Position numbers and translations under genes: made by a program. Positions 18,293-30,200 of a stretch of 64,000 nt of DNA are shown piece after piece (position 1 is the stretch's first letter; the number at the start of each line of letters is the position of its first letter). Source of the stretch: Candidatus Zhuqueibacterota bacterium (GTDB taxonomy: Bacteria; Zhuqueibacterota; Zhuqueibacteria; Thermofontimicrobiales; Thermofontimicrobiaceae). Below the pieces are notes generated by a model. It was not told the DNA's origin and did not search any database. It saw only the letters and a program-made list of their open reading frames with translations. The stretch is from NCBI GenBank assembly GCA_049322915.1, contig JBMOPW010000014.1, forward strand, positions 1,018,774 to 1,082,773, written 5' to 3'.

Positions 18293-19357
18293 CTACCCGG
18301 CTTGAAGTCGTTCGGTTCGATCTGCGATCTGCAATTGCTCGATCATTTCGTACAAATCGCCCTCGAGAATTCTATCCAATTTATAGAGCGTCAAATTAAT
18401 ACGGTGATCCGTCACGCGGTTCTGCGGGAAATTGAATGTACGGATTTTTGCGCTGCGATCGCCGGTGCTCACCATGGATCGACGGGATGCATCCAGCTTG
18501 GCGCGCTCCTCTTCCAGTTTCTGCTCGTACAGCCGTGCGCGCAATACCTTCAACGCCTTTGCTTTATTCTTGTGCTGCGATTTCTCATCCTGACAGGTCA
18601 CCACCATGCCGGAGGGGATATGCGTGACTCTCACCGCCGAGTCTGTGGTATTCACACTCTGTCCGCCTGGTCCGGAGGAACGGTACACGTCGATTTTTAA
18701 ATCGCCGGGATCAATGTGTATGTCCACTTCTTCAGCCTCCGGCAGCACGGCGACAGATGCCGCTGAAGTATGAATTCTCCCACTCGCTTCCGTGGCCGGC
18801 ACCCGCTGCACCCGATGCACACCGCCTTCAAATTTCATTTTACCGTAGGCATCGTCGCCGTTCACTGAAAACGATATTTCCTTGAATCCGCCAATTTCCT
18901 GGGGATGCGACGAGAGTATTTCAATTTTCCATTGTTGCTGCTCCGCGTACTTCATGTACATTCGGAACAAATCCCCTGCGAACAGGCAGGCCTCGTTTCC
19001 TCCTGTGCCGGCGCGAATTTCGACGATGGCATTTTTCCTGTCCTCAGGATCCGTGGGCGTGAGCAAAAGTTTCAGTTCGTGTTCCACGGTCCCGAACTGA
19101 CCGTTCAATTCCTTAATTTCATCTTCAGCCAGTTGAATCAAATCCCGATCATGCTCATTTGCGATGATGTCTTTGGCCTCGGCGATGCGGTTCGTGATGG
19201 AGATGTACTCGTTGGACTTTTTCACAATCTCAGCCAATTCCCGCTGTTCTTTAGCCAGCGTCCGAAATCGATTTTGATCCTTGAAAATCTCAGGATCGCT
19301 CAAAGACGCTTCAAGTTCATTATTGCGCTGAATGATTTTATTTATCTTGTCTATCAT
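18293..19357 (-). CDS. prfA: Peptide chain release factor 1
   Basis: EIRAGTGGNEA, VQRVPATE (PxT motif), GPGGQSVN. Confidence 0.97.
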   Translation of the reverse strand: MIDKINKIIQRNNELEASLSDPEIFKDQNRFRTLAKEQRELAEIVKKSNEYISITNRIAEAKDIIANEHDRDLIQLAEDEIKELNGQFGTVEHELKLLLTPTDPEDRKNAIVEIRAGTGGNEACLFAGDLFRMYMKYAEQQQWKIEILSSHPQEIGGFKEISFSVNGDDAYGKMKFEGGVHRVQRVPATEASGRIHTSAASVAVLPEAEEVDIHIDPGDLKIDVYRSSGPGGQSVNTTDSAVRVTHIPSGMVVTCQDEKSQHKNKAKALKVLRARLYEQKLEEERAKLDASRRSMVSTGDRSAKIRTFNFPQNRVTDHRINLTLYKLDRILEGDLYEMIEQLQIADRTERLQAG

Positions 19358-19374
19358 GGACTTTACCACTCCAA

Positions 19375-20310
19375 TTATGGCTCGGATTCAACTGCCAGAA
19401 CGACATTTGGATCATCTTGAAATGAGATGCCCAGAGAGCCCTTTAATGCGACCAGAGCGACTTCGAGCATAGATTCGTCCGGTTCGCGGGCAGTGATTTT
19501 TTGCAGCCATAAGCCAGGTTTGATGAACATTTTCACGATGGGATTATCCTGTCGCTTGTCGGAGAGCTTGATCAATTCATAGGACAGCCCACCGATGAGC
19601 GGCACAAATGCCAGACGCAGAAGTCGGTCGAAAATCGTCTCCGGTCGGCCGAACGCCATGAAAACAACAATGCTCACCAGCAATACGGTTAAAATGAAGC
19701 TGGTGCCGCAGCGGGGATGATACGGCGTAAATCCCCGTGAATTTTCAACGGTCAACTCGTGTCCGGCTTCGAATGCAAAAATCGTTTTATGCTCGGCCCC
19801 GTGGTATTGGAAAATGCGTTGAATATCTTTCCACAGGGTAATCATGCTGAGGTACAGGAGAAAAATGATGACCCGGAAGAGACCATCGACGACATTGAAC
19901 CAGAAACCGCTTTTTGCGCCGACCAAATCTGTGAGGACGAGCGGCAGATAAAAAAACAGCGCCAGACCAATGCCCAGAGAGAACACAATCGTCGCAATCA
20001 ACCAAAGGGTGGACAGCCCTTTTTTCCTGGCCTGATCAGGTTTCTTCGTTTTCTCATCTTCCCCGATGGCAATATCCCCTGAGAATGTGAGGGCTTTGAT
20101 GCCAAGAATCATGGACTCAATCAGGATAACGCCGCCGCGAATGCTGGGCAGCCCCCAAAACTTATTGCGTTTCGTCAGCGACTGGTAGGGGTCATTTTTC
20201 AATACAATTTTTCCATCGGGACGGCGAACAGCGACAGCGACGCGGTCCGGCGATCGCATCATTACGCCTTCAATCACTGCCTGTCCGCCTACCTGGAGTT
20301 TATTTTTCAT
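19375..20310 (-). CDS. DUF1385 (YqhQ-like) membrane protein
   Basis: [28 protein letters not shown]. Typical rpmE-DUF1385-prfA-prmC context. Confidence 0.9.
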   Translation of the reverse strand: MKNKLQVGGQAVIEGVMMRSPDRVAVAVRRPDGKIVLKNDPYQSLTKRNKFWGLPSIRGGVILIESMILGIKALTFSGDIAIGEDEKTKKPDQARKKGLSTLWLIATIVFSLGIGLALFFYLPLVLTDLVGAKSGFWFNVVDGLFRVIIFLLYLSMITLWKDIQRIFQYHGAEHKTIFAFEAGHELTVENSRGFTPYHPRCGTSFILTVLLVSIVVFMAFGRPETIFDRLLRLAFVPLIGGLSYELIKLSDKRQDNPIVKMFIKPGLWLQKITAREPDESMLEVALVALKGSLGISFQDDPNVVLAVESEP

Positions 20311-20393
20311 GATCATTTCCAAAAACTCAAATAATGCACCCATCGAACCCATTGGCTTGAAGGTTCAAACGCTGAATTGATGGAGCAAAAATG

Positions 20394-20440
20394 AAAAAAC
20401 GGAATACGTGATCCCATTGGGATCAATGTTCGTATTCCGT
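20394..20440 (-). terminator. Terminator-like hairpin downstream of rpmE
   Basis: ACGGAATACG ... CGTATTCCGT stem with inner TGATCCCA/TGGGATCA, followed by T6 on the minus strand. Confidence 0.65.
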
Positions 20441-20458
20441 CCTATTTTTAAAAACAAG

Positions 20459-20692
20459 CTAAGAGTTCTTTTGAATTGTGGTTTTGTTCTTATTATCAAA
20501 ACCGTATTTTTTCATAAATTTCTCAACGCGACCGGTGGAGTCGACCAATTTCTGTTTACCGGTAAAGAATGGATGGCAATTCGAACAAATATCCAGCCGC
20601 AAATCGCCGACCGTAGACCTCACCTGAAATGTATTGCCGCATGCGCAGGTCACGGTTCCGACCTTATATTGTGGATGTATTTTTTCTTTCAA
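20459..20692 (-). CDS. rpmE: 50S ribosomal protein L31 (zinc-binding type)
   Basis: [12 protein letters not shown]...[22 protein letters not shown] start at 20692 after GGAGG. Confidence 0.95.
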   Translation of the reverse strand: MKEKIHPQYKVGTVTCACGNTFQVRSTVGDLRLDICSNCHPFFTGKQKLVDSTGRVEKFMKKYGFDNKNKTTIQKNS

Positions 20693-20795
20693 TGGTATAA
20701 CCTCCCAGACACGAGCTTCTGTAATTGATGACTTGACGCCTTTCATTGACCTGGTTATTATTTTTTTCGGCCAACTTTATAAAAATGAGTCGGTA

Positions 20796-20824
20796 AATAT
20801 ACGGAGATTTTATTTTGAATGCAA
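20796..20824 (-). promoter_or_regulatory. Putative sigma70 promoter for rpmE
   Basis: Minus strand TTGCAT-17 nt-TATATT. Confidence 0.55.
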
Positions 20825-20835
20825 GAAAAATATTG

Positions 20836-22083
20836 TTACGACTGCATGGATTCTAAAAATTTTTTATTAGAGCGCGTCCCGCGCATCCGTTCCAGGATGA
20901 ATTCGATGGCCTCGGTGGGCGTGTATTCGCTGAGAAGTTTGCGAATGATCCAGACCCGATTCAACTCCGTGTTGCTGAGCAGCAACTCTTCTTTTCTCGT
21001 GCTCGACTTGTTAATATCAATCGATGGGAAGATTCGCTTGTCCGCCAGATTCCTGTCGAGGACCAATTCCATATTGCCGGTGCCTTTGAATTCTTCAAAA
21101 ATGACTTCATCCATTCGACTGCCGGTATCGATCAAAGCAGTGGCAATAATGGTCAGGCTCCCGCCTTCCTCGATATTTCGCGCCGCGCCAAAGAAACGTT
21201 TCGGTCGCTGCAAAGCGCTCGCATCAACACCGCCAGAGAGGATCTTCCCGCTATGCGGAACGACGGTATTGTAAGCACGGGCCAGACGAGTGATGCTATC
21301 CAGCAGGATTACGACATCGTGTTTATATTCGACCAGCCGCTTCGCTTTTTCGAGTACCATTTCGGCAACCTGCACGTGGCGTTCTGCCGGCTCATCAAAT
21401 GTGGAGCTGATAACTTCCGCCTTGACAGATCGTTCCATGTCGGTGACTTCTTCCGGGCGTTCGTCGATTAAAAGTACAATGAGTTTAATTTCGGGGTGAT
21501 TGGATGTGATGGCATTGGCGGTGGATTGAAGCAGCGTTGTTTTCCCTGTTTTCGGCTGAGCGACGATCAGTCCGCGCTGACCTTTGCCTATTGGAGTCAG
21601 CAAGTCCATGATGCGCGTTGCGTAATTTGTCGCCGTGTATTCCAGTTCTATCCGCGACATAGGATAGAGTGGCGTCAGGTTATCGAACAGAATTTTCGTT
21701 TTCGCCTCTTCCGGGTTCTCGTAGTTGACCGCTTCAACTTTGAGCAGTGCAAAGAACCGCTCGTTCTCTTTTGGGGGACGAATCTGGCCGGATACTGAGT
21801 CACCAGTACGCAAGCCAAACCGTTTAATCTGGGATGGAGATACGTAAATATCAGCCGGGCCCGGTAGGTAGTTGTAATCCGTTGATCTTAAAAAACCGTA
21901 GCCATCAGGCAAAATTTCTAATACACCTTCCGCGAATATCAATCCCTCCTGCTTGGTCTGTTCTTCCAAAATTTTGAAAATGAGTTCCTGCTTTTTCAAA
22001 CCTGTTGACCCTGAAATTTTCAAATCCTGAGCGACTTTGGTCAACTCAGAAATTTTTAATGTCTTCAACTCTGCAATGTCCAT
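20836..22083 (-). CDS. rho: Transcription termination factor Rho
   Basis: [51 protein letters not shown]. Confidence 0.98.
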   Translation of the reverse strand: MDIAELKTLKISELTKVAQDLKISGSTGLKKQELIFKILEEQTKQEGLIFAEGVLEILPDGYGFLRSTDYNYLPGPADIYVSPSQIKRFGLRTGDSVSGQIRPPKENERFFALLKVEAVNYENPEEAKTKILFDNLTPLYPMSRIELEYTATNYATRIMDLLTPIGKGQRGLIVAQPKTGKTTLLQSTANAITSNHPEIKLIVLLIDERPEEVTDMERSVKAEVISSTFDEPAERHVQVAEMVLEKAKRLVEYKHDVVILLDSITRLARAYNTVVPHSGKILSGGVDASALQRPKRFFGAARNIEEGGSLTIIATALIDTGSRMDEVIFEEFKGTGNMELVLDRNLADKRIFPSIDINKSSTRKEELLLSNTELNRVWIIRKLLSEYTPTEAIEFILERMRGTRSNKKFLESMQS

Positions 22084-22492
22084 AGCATCGTCCCTTCTTA
22101 TGTATTGAAAATGCTTTTAATAATTGGCAAAATTATGTTTTACTATCGGATTTTTATGAATTATCTTTACCATACTCAAATTGATTTGCCATACACCTGG
22201 TTTTTATTTGATTGTTGAGCATGGTTGCCCCATTAATATTGTGGTACAATACGAGAGGTACTACATTTGAGGAAATTTTGGTGTTAAAAATGAAGTAATC
22301 CTTTACTGCATTTGTTCTGTCAATTAAGTATTTCTTGTGTCTCACCTTTGGATTTGCACGCTCGTAGCAAAGAGGGTGGATGTGAATTTGTAGATCAGTT
22401 CGAAAAGTATGGTTATTACATCGCACTTCAGTCGTCACGATACGATTGGGCTCATCCCGACTGCTTTCAATCGCGCTGCATTTTTGCACAGG

Positions 22493-23590
22493 TTAAATAC
22501 GTTCCTCGGTTTCAGCATCGAAAAAGTGACATTTGTCCATGTTGAATGTGATGTCAATGGTGGCGCCAACTTCAAAATTATCCCCGGTATTGATTCGGGA
22601 GACAAACGGATGAATGCCGGTATTCAGATACAGGAATATTTCATTCCCCATCGGCTCGACCACTTCCAGCAGACTTTTCACCCGGGACGGATTGCTCAGG
22701 GAAGGAGCAAAACGGGAATCAAAAATATTTTCGGGTCTGATGCCGAAGATGATCTTCTTTCCAATCCTGCTGGCTAATTTGGTACGGAACGAGTCCGGGA
22801 TTTGAAAGTTGATTTTTCCTTCTTCGAATGCGAGTCCGCCGTTATCAACCAGCGTGCCGCTCATGAAATTCATGGCCGGACTTCCAATGAACCCGGCGAC
22901 GAATTTATTCACCGGGTAATTGTAAAGATTCAGGGGCGTGTCGATCTGGTGCACAAAGCCATCTTTCATCACAACAATGCGGTCGCCCATCGTCATCGCT
23001 TCCATCTGATCGTGGGTCACGTAGATCATCGTTGTTTCCAATCGATTGTGCAGTTTGCTGATTTCAGTGCGCATTTGAACGCGAAGTTTCGCATCAAGAT
23101 TGGACAATGGCTCGTCGAACAGGAACACTTTTGGCTTTCGAACGATAGCTCGCCCTACGGCAACGCGCTGACGCTGACCACCGGACAGCGCCTTGGGCTT
23201 CCGATGCAATAGTTCGTGAATCTCCAGAATCTCAGCCGCCTCCTGCACCCGCTTTTCGATTTCAGCTTTTGGGAACTTGCGCAGCTTCAGGCCGAAAGCC
23301 ATATTCTCGTACACCGTCATGTGAGGATACAGGGCATAATTTTGAAACACCATGGCAATGTCGCGATCTTTGGGAGGGATGTCGTTGACCAGGCGGTCGT
23401 CGATGAATATTTTACCGCTGGTTATTTCTTCCAAACCGGCAATCATCCGAAGCGTTGTGGATTTTCCGCAGCCAGAGGGGCCGACCAGAACCATAAACTC
23501 TTTATCCCGGATATCAATGTCAACACAGTTTACTGCAACGACATTTTTCTCAAAGGTTTTTGATACTTGCTCTAATTTAACGTTCGCCAT
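22493..23590 (-). CDS. Sugar ABC transporter ATP-binding protein (MalK/MsmK/UgpC family), no permease adjacent
   Basis: GPSGCGKST, VFQNYALYPHM, LSGGQRQR, DEPLSNLDAKLR, TOBE-like tail. Confidence 0.92.
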   Translation of the reverse strand: MANVKLEQVSKTFEKNVVAVNCVDIDIRDKEFMVLVGPSGCGKSTTLRMIAGLEEITSGKIFIDDRLVNDIPPKDRDIAMVFQNYALYPHMTVYENMAFGLKLRKFPKAEIEKRVQEAAEILEIHELLHRKPKALSGGQRQRVAVGRAIVRKPKVFLFDEPLSNLDAKLRVQMRTEISKLHNRLETTMIYVTHDQMEAMTMGDRIVVMKDGFVHQIDTPLNLYNYPVNKFVAGFIGSPAMNFMSGTLVDNGGLAFEEGKINFQIPDSFRTKLASRIGKKIIFGIRPENIFDSRFAPSLSNPSRVKSLLEVVEPMGNEIFLYLNTGIHPFVSRINTGDNFEVGATIDITFNMDKCHFFDAETEERI

Positions 23591-23896
23591 AGCTACTCTG
23601 GAATCCCTATATTTGCTGATGTAAAAAAGGATTGGAAGCTATTATTCCTCCCTTTCTTATTGTAATGAAAAGCCGGATGATTAATTTTAAGAAAGACGTG
23701 TGGAAAAAATAGCTGCTTTAGATATTGAGGAAGTTGATTAAGAGTAAAATCACGAAGCTCAAGTTCTTTAAATTACTTCACCTAATATTTGTAGTTCTTT
23801 GATTGATCGGCTAATTTATTAAAGGATAAGTCACCGAAGGATTAAGGGAGTTTATGATAAGTTTTAATATTCTTTTTACCAGGTGAGTTTTGGCTC

Positions 23897-23925
23897 AATT
23901 TAAAAAACTTTCTTTATAAAGTCAA
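23897..23925 (-). promoter_or_regulatory. Putative sigma70 promoter upstream of the ABC ATPase gene
   Basis: Minus strand TTGACT-17 nt-TAAATT, about 300 nt upstream of the start codon. Confidence 0.5.
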
Positions 23926-24045
23926 GAACTTTTCTTGAATTTTAAGAAAATTAAATAGCTGGGTTATAACCATTTTTTTTCAACTGAGTGACCAGCCCGA
24001 AAAAGACACTGCAATACAGGCTCGGAATTCGGTCGCACGCCGGTA

Positions 24046-25347
24046 TTAAAAACATTTCACTGCAGTCGGCGCGGATTTCTGATAAAACGATTCCATCACT
24101 TCGCTCACCGTATAGTGCGAGCCGGCGCAGAGAATGAGGTCTGTCTTCTGGGCTGATTCCATTGCGTAGGCGAATCCCTCGGCCACGCTCGCTGATTTTT
24201 TTACATTCGGAGTGAACTTTCGGGCGATGCGCGAAATCGTCGAGGTGGCTAACCCGCGGTGGGTATTGGCTTTTACAGCGATGAATAAATCCGAGATGCT
24301 CGCTAATTTATTGATCATGAACATGAAATTCTTGTCTTTGCACACGCCGAAAACGACAATCAGCCGATCGTAATTATAAATTGACCGAATGGATTTTTTC
24401 AAATAGGCTATTCCGTGCGCGTTATGGGCGACGTCGATGACGACTCTGGGATTGTAGGAAATTGTCTGCAATCGCCCCGGCCATTGAACGTCCAGCAGGC
24501 CGTGATAGATGTCTTCAATTTTTATGGGCATGAAACGCGAGTTGATGATGTCCGCAGCAGTAACTGCCAGAGCAGCGTTGTGAATCTGATGTTCGCCGAT
24601 GAGCCCGATTTTTAATTGCGGGAAAACCGACCCATTGATGGCCATATCCAGTGTCGTAAATTTCTCTCCGTATTGGAGGTTACTGATTTTCAGAAGCCTA
24701 TCCACCTGGATGTGCTCTGCATTCTGTTCCTGGCATGTCTTTTCGAAAATAGCTTCGACACCTTTATAGCGGCAATTCGTGATGCAGATAGTCCCTTGTT
24801 TGATGATACCGGCTTTTTCAACGGCGATGGATTTGCGCGTCGGTCCTAATTGTTTGGTGTGATCAATTTCGATGTTGGTGATGATTGTCACCAGCGGATT
24901 GATGACATTGGTGGCGTCCAGTCGCCCCCCAAGTCCGACTTCAATCACAGCAATCTCGACTTTTTTATCTGCAAAATATAAGAACGCGATAGCGGTCATG
25001 GCTTCAAAAAACGTGCATTTATACTTTGCGATCAATGGTTTCAATGATTCGATGTATTTCACTAAATCGTCTTTGCTGATCGGAATGCCATTGCACTTGA
25101 TGCGCTCGCCGACATAGGTTAAATGGGGTGATGTATAAAGCGCCGTGTTGTATCCGGCAGTGGCTAAAATGGACTCGATCATTGCTGAAGTTGAACCTTT
25201 TCCATTAGTGCCCGCAATATGAACGAGTTTGTATTTTTCCTGGGGATTCCCCAATTCCTTCAGGAGTGATTTTATTTTTCCCAGACCCAATTTCCAGCCA
25301 AGGCTATTCAAATTGTACAAATATTCAATTGCCTGGTCGTAATTCAT
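24046..25347 (-). CDS. folC: Folylpolyglutamate synthase/dihydrofolate synthase
   Basis: HIAGTNGKGST, YTSPHL, EVGLGGRLDATN, EKAGIIK, WPGRLQ, DVAHN. Confidence 0.95.
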   Translation of the reverse strand: MNYDQAIEYLYNLNSLGWKLGLGKIKSLLKELGNPQEKYKLVHIAGTNGKGSTSAMIESILATAGYNTALYTSPHLTYVGERIKCNGIPISKDDLVKYIESLKPLIAKYKCTFFEAMTAIAFLYFADKKVEIAVIEVGLGGRLDATNVINPLVTIITNIEIDHTKQLGPTRKSIAVEKAGIIKQGTICITNCRYKGVEAIFEKTCQEQNAEHIQVDRLLKISNLQYGEKFTTLDMAINGSVFPQLKIGLIGEHQIHNAALAVTAADIINSRFMPIKIEDIYHGLLDVQWPGRLQTISYNPRVVIDVAHNAHGIAYLKKSIRSIYNYDRLIVVFGVCKDKNFMFMINKLASISDLFIAVKANTHRGLATSTISRIARKFTPNVKKSASVAEGFAYAMESAQKTDLILCAGSHYTVSEVMESFYQKSAPTAVKCF

Positions 25348-25696
25348 AAAAATTCTTTTCCTTTGTTATCAGCATTTAAGTACGAGGAAGCGTGGTCATT
25401 TCAAAACTGAATAGATGCATCGTTGAAGTTCACAAGAACTGAATTCGAGTAGAATAGTCAGCGGTTGAGGTATACAATCGGTAACAGGATTGGTAGAAAT
25501 TTTCTCTGCGGACTGCTACATTAACCGAAAATGAACAGTAAACATAATATAAAATTTAGAATTTTGCAAGAACTTTTTTCACTCCAACATGAAGCTATGC
25601 AATTCCTTATCATTCATTTGGGATTTAATTGCATATCTCCCATGCGTTAGGATAGCGCATCGCTCAGGTTTTGAATGTGCCAGGAGGCGCCTGGAA

Positions 25697-26035
25697 ATGA
25701 AGAGACGGAGGTTGAAAATAACGCCATACAGAACAGGGCCGAAGTGGAAAATAAGTTGGATTACTCTTTCAGAAATTTTTCAGATGGGCTGTTGGATTGT
25801 CAGTCTGTTATCATCGCCGGGAAATGGGAATTCCATGTCGCTGTGGGGCGGCACTCCGGCAGACACCTTTCGCGTTCGGTGGTTTCTCAATTTTATGCAC
25901 GAACGACTGCGGAGGCATGACCGCGAAATGCTGCTGAATCTGGCTAACGACGAAATGGTCGTTGCGCATTCCGTCGGGACTGCTCCCAGGCTCCGACATG
26001 ACAAAATGATGCGCCGTTTTCAGCGTGTGGGTTGA
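25697..26035 (+). CDS. Possible hypothetical protein (112 aa)
   Basis: AGGAGG 9 nt before ATG 25697, followed by a large hairpin. No recognisable motif. Confidence 0.35.
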   Translation: MKRRRLKITPYRTGPKWKISWITLSEIFQMGCWIVSLLSSPGNGNSMSLWGGTPADTFRVRWFLNFMHERLRRHDREMLLNLANDEMVVAHSVGTAPRLRHDKMMRRFQRVG

Positions 26036-26043
26036 AATAAAAA

Positions 26044-26112
26044 AACCTCCCGGGAGTTTGCCTGCTTTCATCATTCATCCGATGAAAGGAAAATGGAAAC
26101 TCCGGGGAGGTT
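26044..26112. terminator. Long inverted repeat, probable terminator of the PorV operon
   Basis: AACCTCCCGGGAGTTT ... AAACTCCGGGGAGGTT with inner CTTTCATC/GATGAAAG stem. The A run on the left gives a T tract on the minus strand. Confidence 0.55.
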
Positions 26113-26152
26113 CGAAGCGCCCCTGGCAATTTCATCCAGGGGCATAATTTTT

Positions 26153-27205
26153 TTAGAATGCAAGCGCCATGGTGAACATGTGGCCAGTGCCCAAAATTTT
26201 AAAATCGGTGTAGCAATAATCAAATTGAACATAGGCAACATTCAGGTCATACTGAATACCGCCGCCAAAGGTGTAGCTGGCAGTATCGTATGAGCTGTAG
26301 GCATCGTCCTCCACTGAAATGCCACGGAAGCCGGCTCGCAGCGAGAGAATTTTATTCCATTGATACTCAAAACCGAAATTGGAGCGCAGCAGCGCGTCAT
26401 TGGGATCGTAGGCATCGGCGTATATTGTCATGCGGTTCATGTTGCTTTTTACCAGTTGACCTTCGATGCCCACCAATTCGGTGGCTAAACCCATGCGAAA
26501 AATCAGGGGCAATGGAAAGCTATCCGTTTTGAGATAAGCGTCATCCGTCAACGCGCCAGGATTGGTGGGATAACGCTCGGTAGTCACTTGCAGACCTGGC
26601 CCGGTCAATTGCATCTGCCCGCCAAAGTTGCTGAGGCACATACCCAGTTTCAGGCCCATGACGCCAGTATCCAGCAGCGATCCCAGATCGATGGCGACGG
26701 TGTGCGCTTTTTGGTGATAGGCGCCTTCGCGGATATATTTCACAGTACCGCCCAGGCTCAACCGGTCGGTGACAAATCGGCTGTAGGTGATGCCCAGGCT
26801 GTAGGCTTCCCAGGAAAAATACGTCTCGGTGCCATCCGGGCTGGCCAGCGTTGTAATTTCCATATCGCCGGAGTCGAGGTACAACGCACTGACGCCGATG
26901 GTGCTGCCTCCACTCAACGGCTGTACCACACCGAAGAAGTTATAGGCCATGTCAGCGTACAACTGATTCCGTGAGACTGCAAGGGAGGTGCGTTGGATGG
27001 ATGCAATGCTGGCCGGGTTCCAGTAAAGACCGGTGACATCACCGGCGACGGTGACGGCGGCCTCTCCCAGTGCCCCGGCTCGCGCGCCAACGCCGAGCTT
27101 CAAAAATTGCGCCGCCGATGTCCCGACACGACTAATGTCCTGACACAATCCTGGAACGGCAGCAATGAGACATATGATAAGCAGGCTTGCTAAGAATTTA
27201 TTCAT
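26153..27205 (-). CDS. PorV/PorQ-family outer-membrane beta-barrel (T9SS PorV-like)
   Basis: Signal peptide, GTSAAQFLKLGVGARAGALGEA, LYWNPA, amphipathic strands, terminal F. Confidence 0.85.
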   Translation of the reverse strand: MNKFLASLLIICLIAAVPGLCQDISRVGTSAAQFLKLGVGARAGALGEAAVTVAGDVTGLYWNPASIASIQRTSLAVSRNQLYADMAYNFFGVVQPLSGGSTIGVSALYLDSGDMEITTLASPDGTETYFSWEAYSLGITYSRFVTDRLSLGGTVKYIREGAYHQKAHTVAIDLGSLLDTGVMGLKLGMCLSNFGGQMQLTGPGLQVTTERYPTNPGALTDDAYLKTDSFPLPLIFRMGLATELVGIEGQLVKSNMNRMTIYADAYDPNDALLRSNFGFEYQWNKILSLRAGFRGISVEDDAYSSYDTASYTFGGGIQYDLNVAYVQFDYCYTDFKILGTGHMFTMALAF

Positions 27206-27268
27206 TTTATCTGATCTCCTTGTTTGACTATGTGAATCCGTTAGAAAATGGAAGCCAATTTTTTCACG

Positions 27269-30200
27269 TTATTTAAGAATGACAAACTTTCCAATTTTTT
27301 TGTTGCCGTTTGGAGTTTCGACGACGTACAGATAGCATCCGTAGGCGATTTCCTGCTGGTTGAACGATAGCATATTCCACCATTCCCAGCCTTCGGTTTC
27401 GCTTTCGTGATGCATCGAGTAGACTCGTTCGCCACTCAGGGTGTAAATATGAATATCACATTCGCTCGGCAGGTTTGTAAATGCCAGCTTTCTGTAATTG
27501 GCATCGAGTTCCCATTCGGCGGAAATCATATACGGATTGGGAACAACCCTGATTTTTTCCAGGTCTTCCAATTTCACAGCGCGATTCATATACGCTAACG
27601 TGTTGACTCGGAAGAAATCTCTGCTGCCATCGAAAGGCTTGCCGCTGACCAGGCGAAGGATATCGCCAGTCACCGGCGTGACGCTCGTATCTTGTTCCGT
27701 GATGGTCGTGTCGAAGACCATGCTGTCCGGTGTGACAAATGTGGTATCAATATCCGTGATCACCAGAATGGGTGGAGCGGTGAATTTCAGTGTGATTGTG
27801 AATGTCCCATTTTCCTGGACTTTTAACTCATCCCCGCTGGTCCAGGTGTTCCTCATTTCCTGGGTTGTGTCGGCCGGATTGGGCGGCGGGAAGTGAGCAA
27901 ACCGCGCTTTTTTATTCAATGTCAGATTCCAGATTTCGAACGGAATCGTATAGGTCGCCGGGAAAAACGCTGTATCCGGTTCATCGGTGAAGCGAATCTC
28001 ATAATCGTACGGCCTCTGTACGACGAAAGTTCCTGAGAAATTCCAGTTACCCACTGATCGTGTTCCCATGGTTTCGTGGAACCATTCCGAGGAATCGGGA
28101 TCGAATTGAATTGATTCGAATTTCTGATCGATAGCGATCGTCATACCATCGATTATTTGAGAGACCTGGCCCTGAATGTTCGTAGAGTTATCGATTATGA
28201 ACTCGCCGGTATCTTCATCTTTCATATCGAACGTCTTAGTCGCGCTGGTGCTATCATCGAATGAAATGAGATAGCTATGTCCGGTGATGGCATAGGGATC
28301 GACAATCTTGATACTGAACAGATGATTGGCATAGCTGCCAGCCAGCGGCGCGACTTCGATATCGGATTCAACATAATTCGAAGGCGTTTTGCCGGGGACA
28401 ACTTCCACCAGGTTCGGAACCGCGCTCGGATTATTGCCTTTGGCTGTTTCCAGCGAATTCAACGGCGCCCATCCATCCGGGTTGAGCGTCACGTCATCGG
28501 AGACGCCCCGGTCGTACGCAGTCACGGAGTACCAATAGGTCTTTCCATTCTGAACATTTTCATCCACGTACATGTGGACGATGCCCGTGTTGCTGCCTAA
28601 ATTGAGATAGGGGTATTGCTTGTCCAAACCGTACACCGTATTGTTCAAATCAAATTGGGCAAGGGGAACGAACCCGACTTCGACGCCATATCCATCAAAA
28701 ATTTTATCGCCCCACTCGTTGCTGGTCGGTGGCGCAGTGGAACGGTAGATTTTATACCCTTCGAAATCGCTGTACCCGCTCATCAAATCAATTGCTTTTT
28801 CAGCGGCGTCGTCCCAGTACAGGGTCACTTTTCCATCTCCGGCAACTGCCGATACAGTTGGAGTCGGAGGCGGATCTGCGCCCTGATAATTCAGTTCGTA
28901 CATGAACTGGGCTGTTCTGGCGTTGAATTTGACATCTGTAGTATCGTCGCCAATCACGAGTGCGAAAGAGAATGTGGTCGTATCGCCGGAGGCCAGATCG
29001 AACGGGCCGGAACTCATGATGAAGACGCAGTCAGTTCCGCCCGGGAACATTTCCTTGAATCCTTCCACCGAGTCGAAGTGTTTATTCAATGTGCCATCCG
29101 GGGCCGGCCAGAAATAAGCATCTTCTTCTTCCGGGGATATATCTGTGTTATCGCCCGAAATGACTTTATATTGAATCAGTTCCGTCCGCGTATTATCGAT
29201 AACGCCGGGCCGAGAACCCCATTCGAACCAGTGCCAGTCGGTGATGCCCAATTGCTCTCCCTGATACCGGTCAATAATGCCGTCATTCTCAAAATCGATA
29301 TCATGAGGAGCCGGAGGCGTTTCCAATAATTTGATCGCCGGGAAGGCTTTGTAATAGGAATCAGGGAAGTCACCAGTGCCATATCGGTAGTCGTAAATGA
29401 AAGCCATGTTATAATGATAGGTGGTGTCATTCTGAACATCATACTCGTTTGCAATAAAAGCCATCCAGTCCAAATTGTCGTGCGGTCGCGTTGGGATGTC
29501 TGAATCGTTGTAAAAACCAACATATACACCGTGATAATCGTAGGGGCTGTTATTGATTATCTGCATCGGGAAAAAGATGATGTCCTCGGCATAGGATCGG
29601 CCATAGGAGAGTCCTGAGATGTTCATTTGAATTCCGAGCGAATAGCCCTGGCTCGTATCGCCGTCACTTTCTGAATAGACCAGACCCTGATTATTCTTAT
29701 CGTATTCGGTCATGCTGAAAAAGATCTCTTTGTCCGAATAGAATTTTCCAACAAGAACTGTGTCATCGGAAGTTGGACATAATTTCCAGGGACGGGTGGG
29801 ATTGTTGAAATCGAAATCAGTCGCTGCCACAGAATCGATGGTAATTTTTCCGGTCACTGGATCTTTAGCCCATAGCCCTGGCCAGTACGGGTATCCATTG
29901 GCATCCTTCGGCCAACTGGCGGGATAGACGCTGGTCGCCATCAGGGGAAAATCAGCCAATGTCGTCGCGGCAGAATTGACATCCCCATAGGTGAGATCGC
30001 CGGAATGGACATTGCCGTACGAGTTAGCTTTGGGGCCCCAATCGTCGCCAGTCCCGTCGATGCTCGCTGAGACAGATGGGCCTTTAAGCATAAGATTCCC
30101 ATTGATGTCCGTTGTATACGGCGTCCAGAGCGGATCCTGAGGCACGCCGATCATCATGCTGAGTTCCGGTATGTAGGAATGACCTTTGTAATCCACGCAG

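Noticed and set aside
22154..22489. 111-aa minus-strand ORF upstream of rho
   Set aside because: No RBS or motif. More likely rho promoter/leader DNA, and I could not identify a defined RNA structure there.
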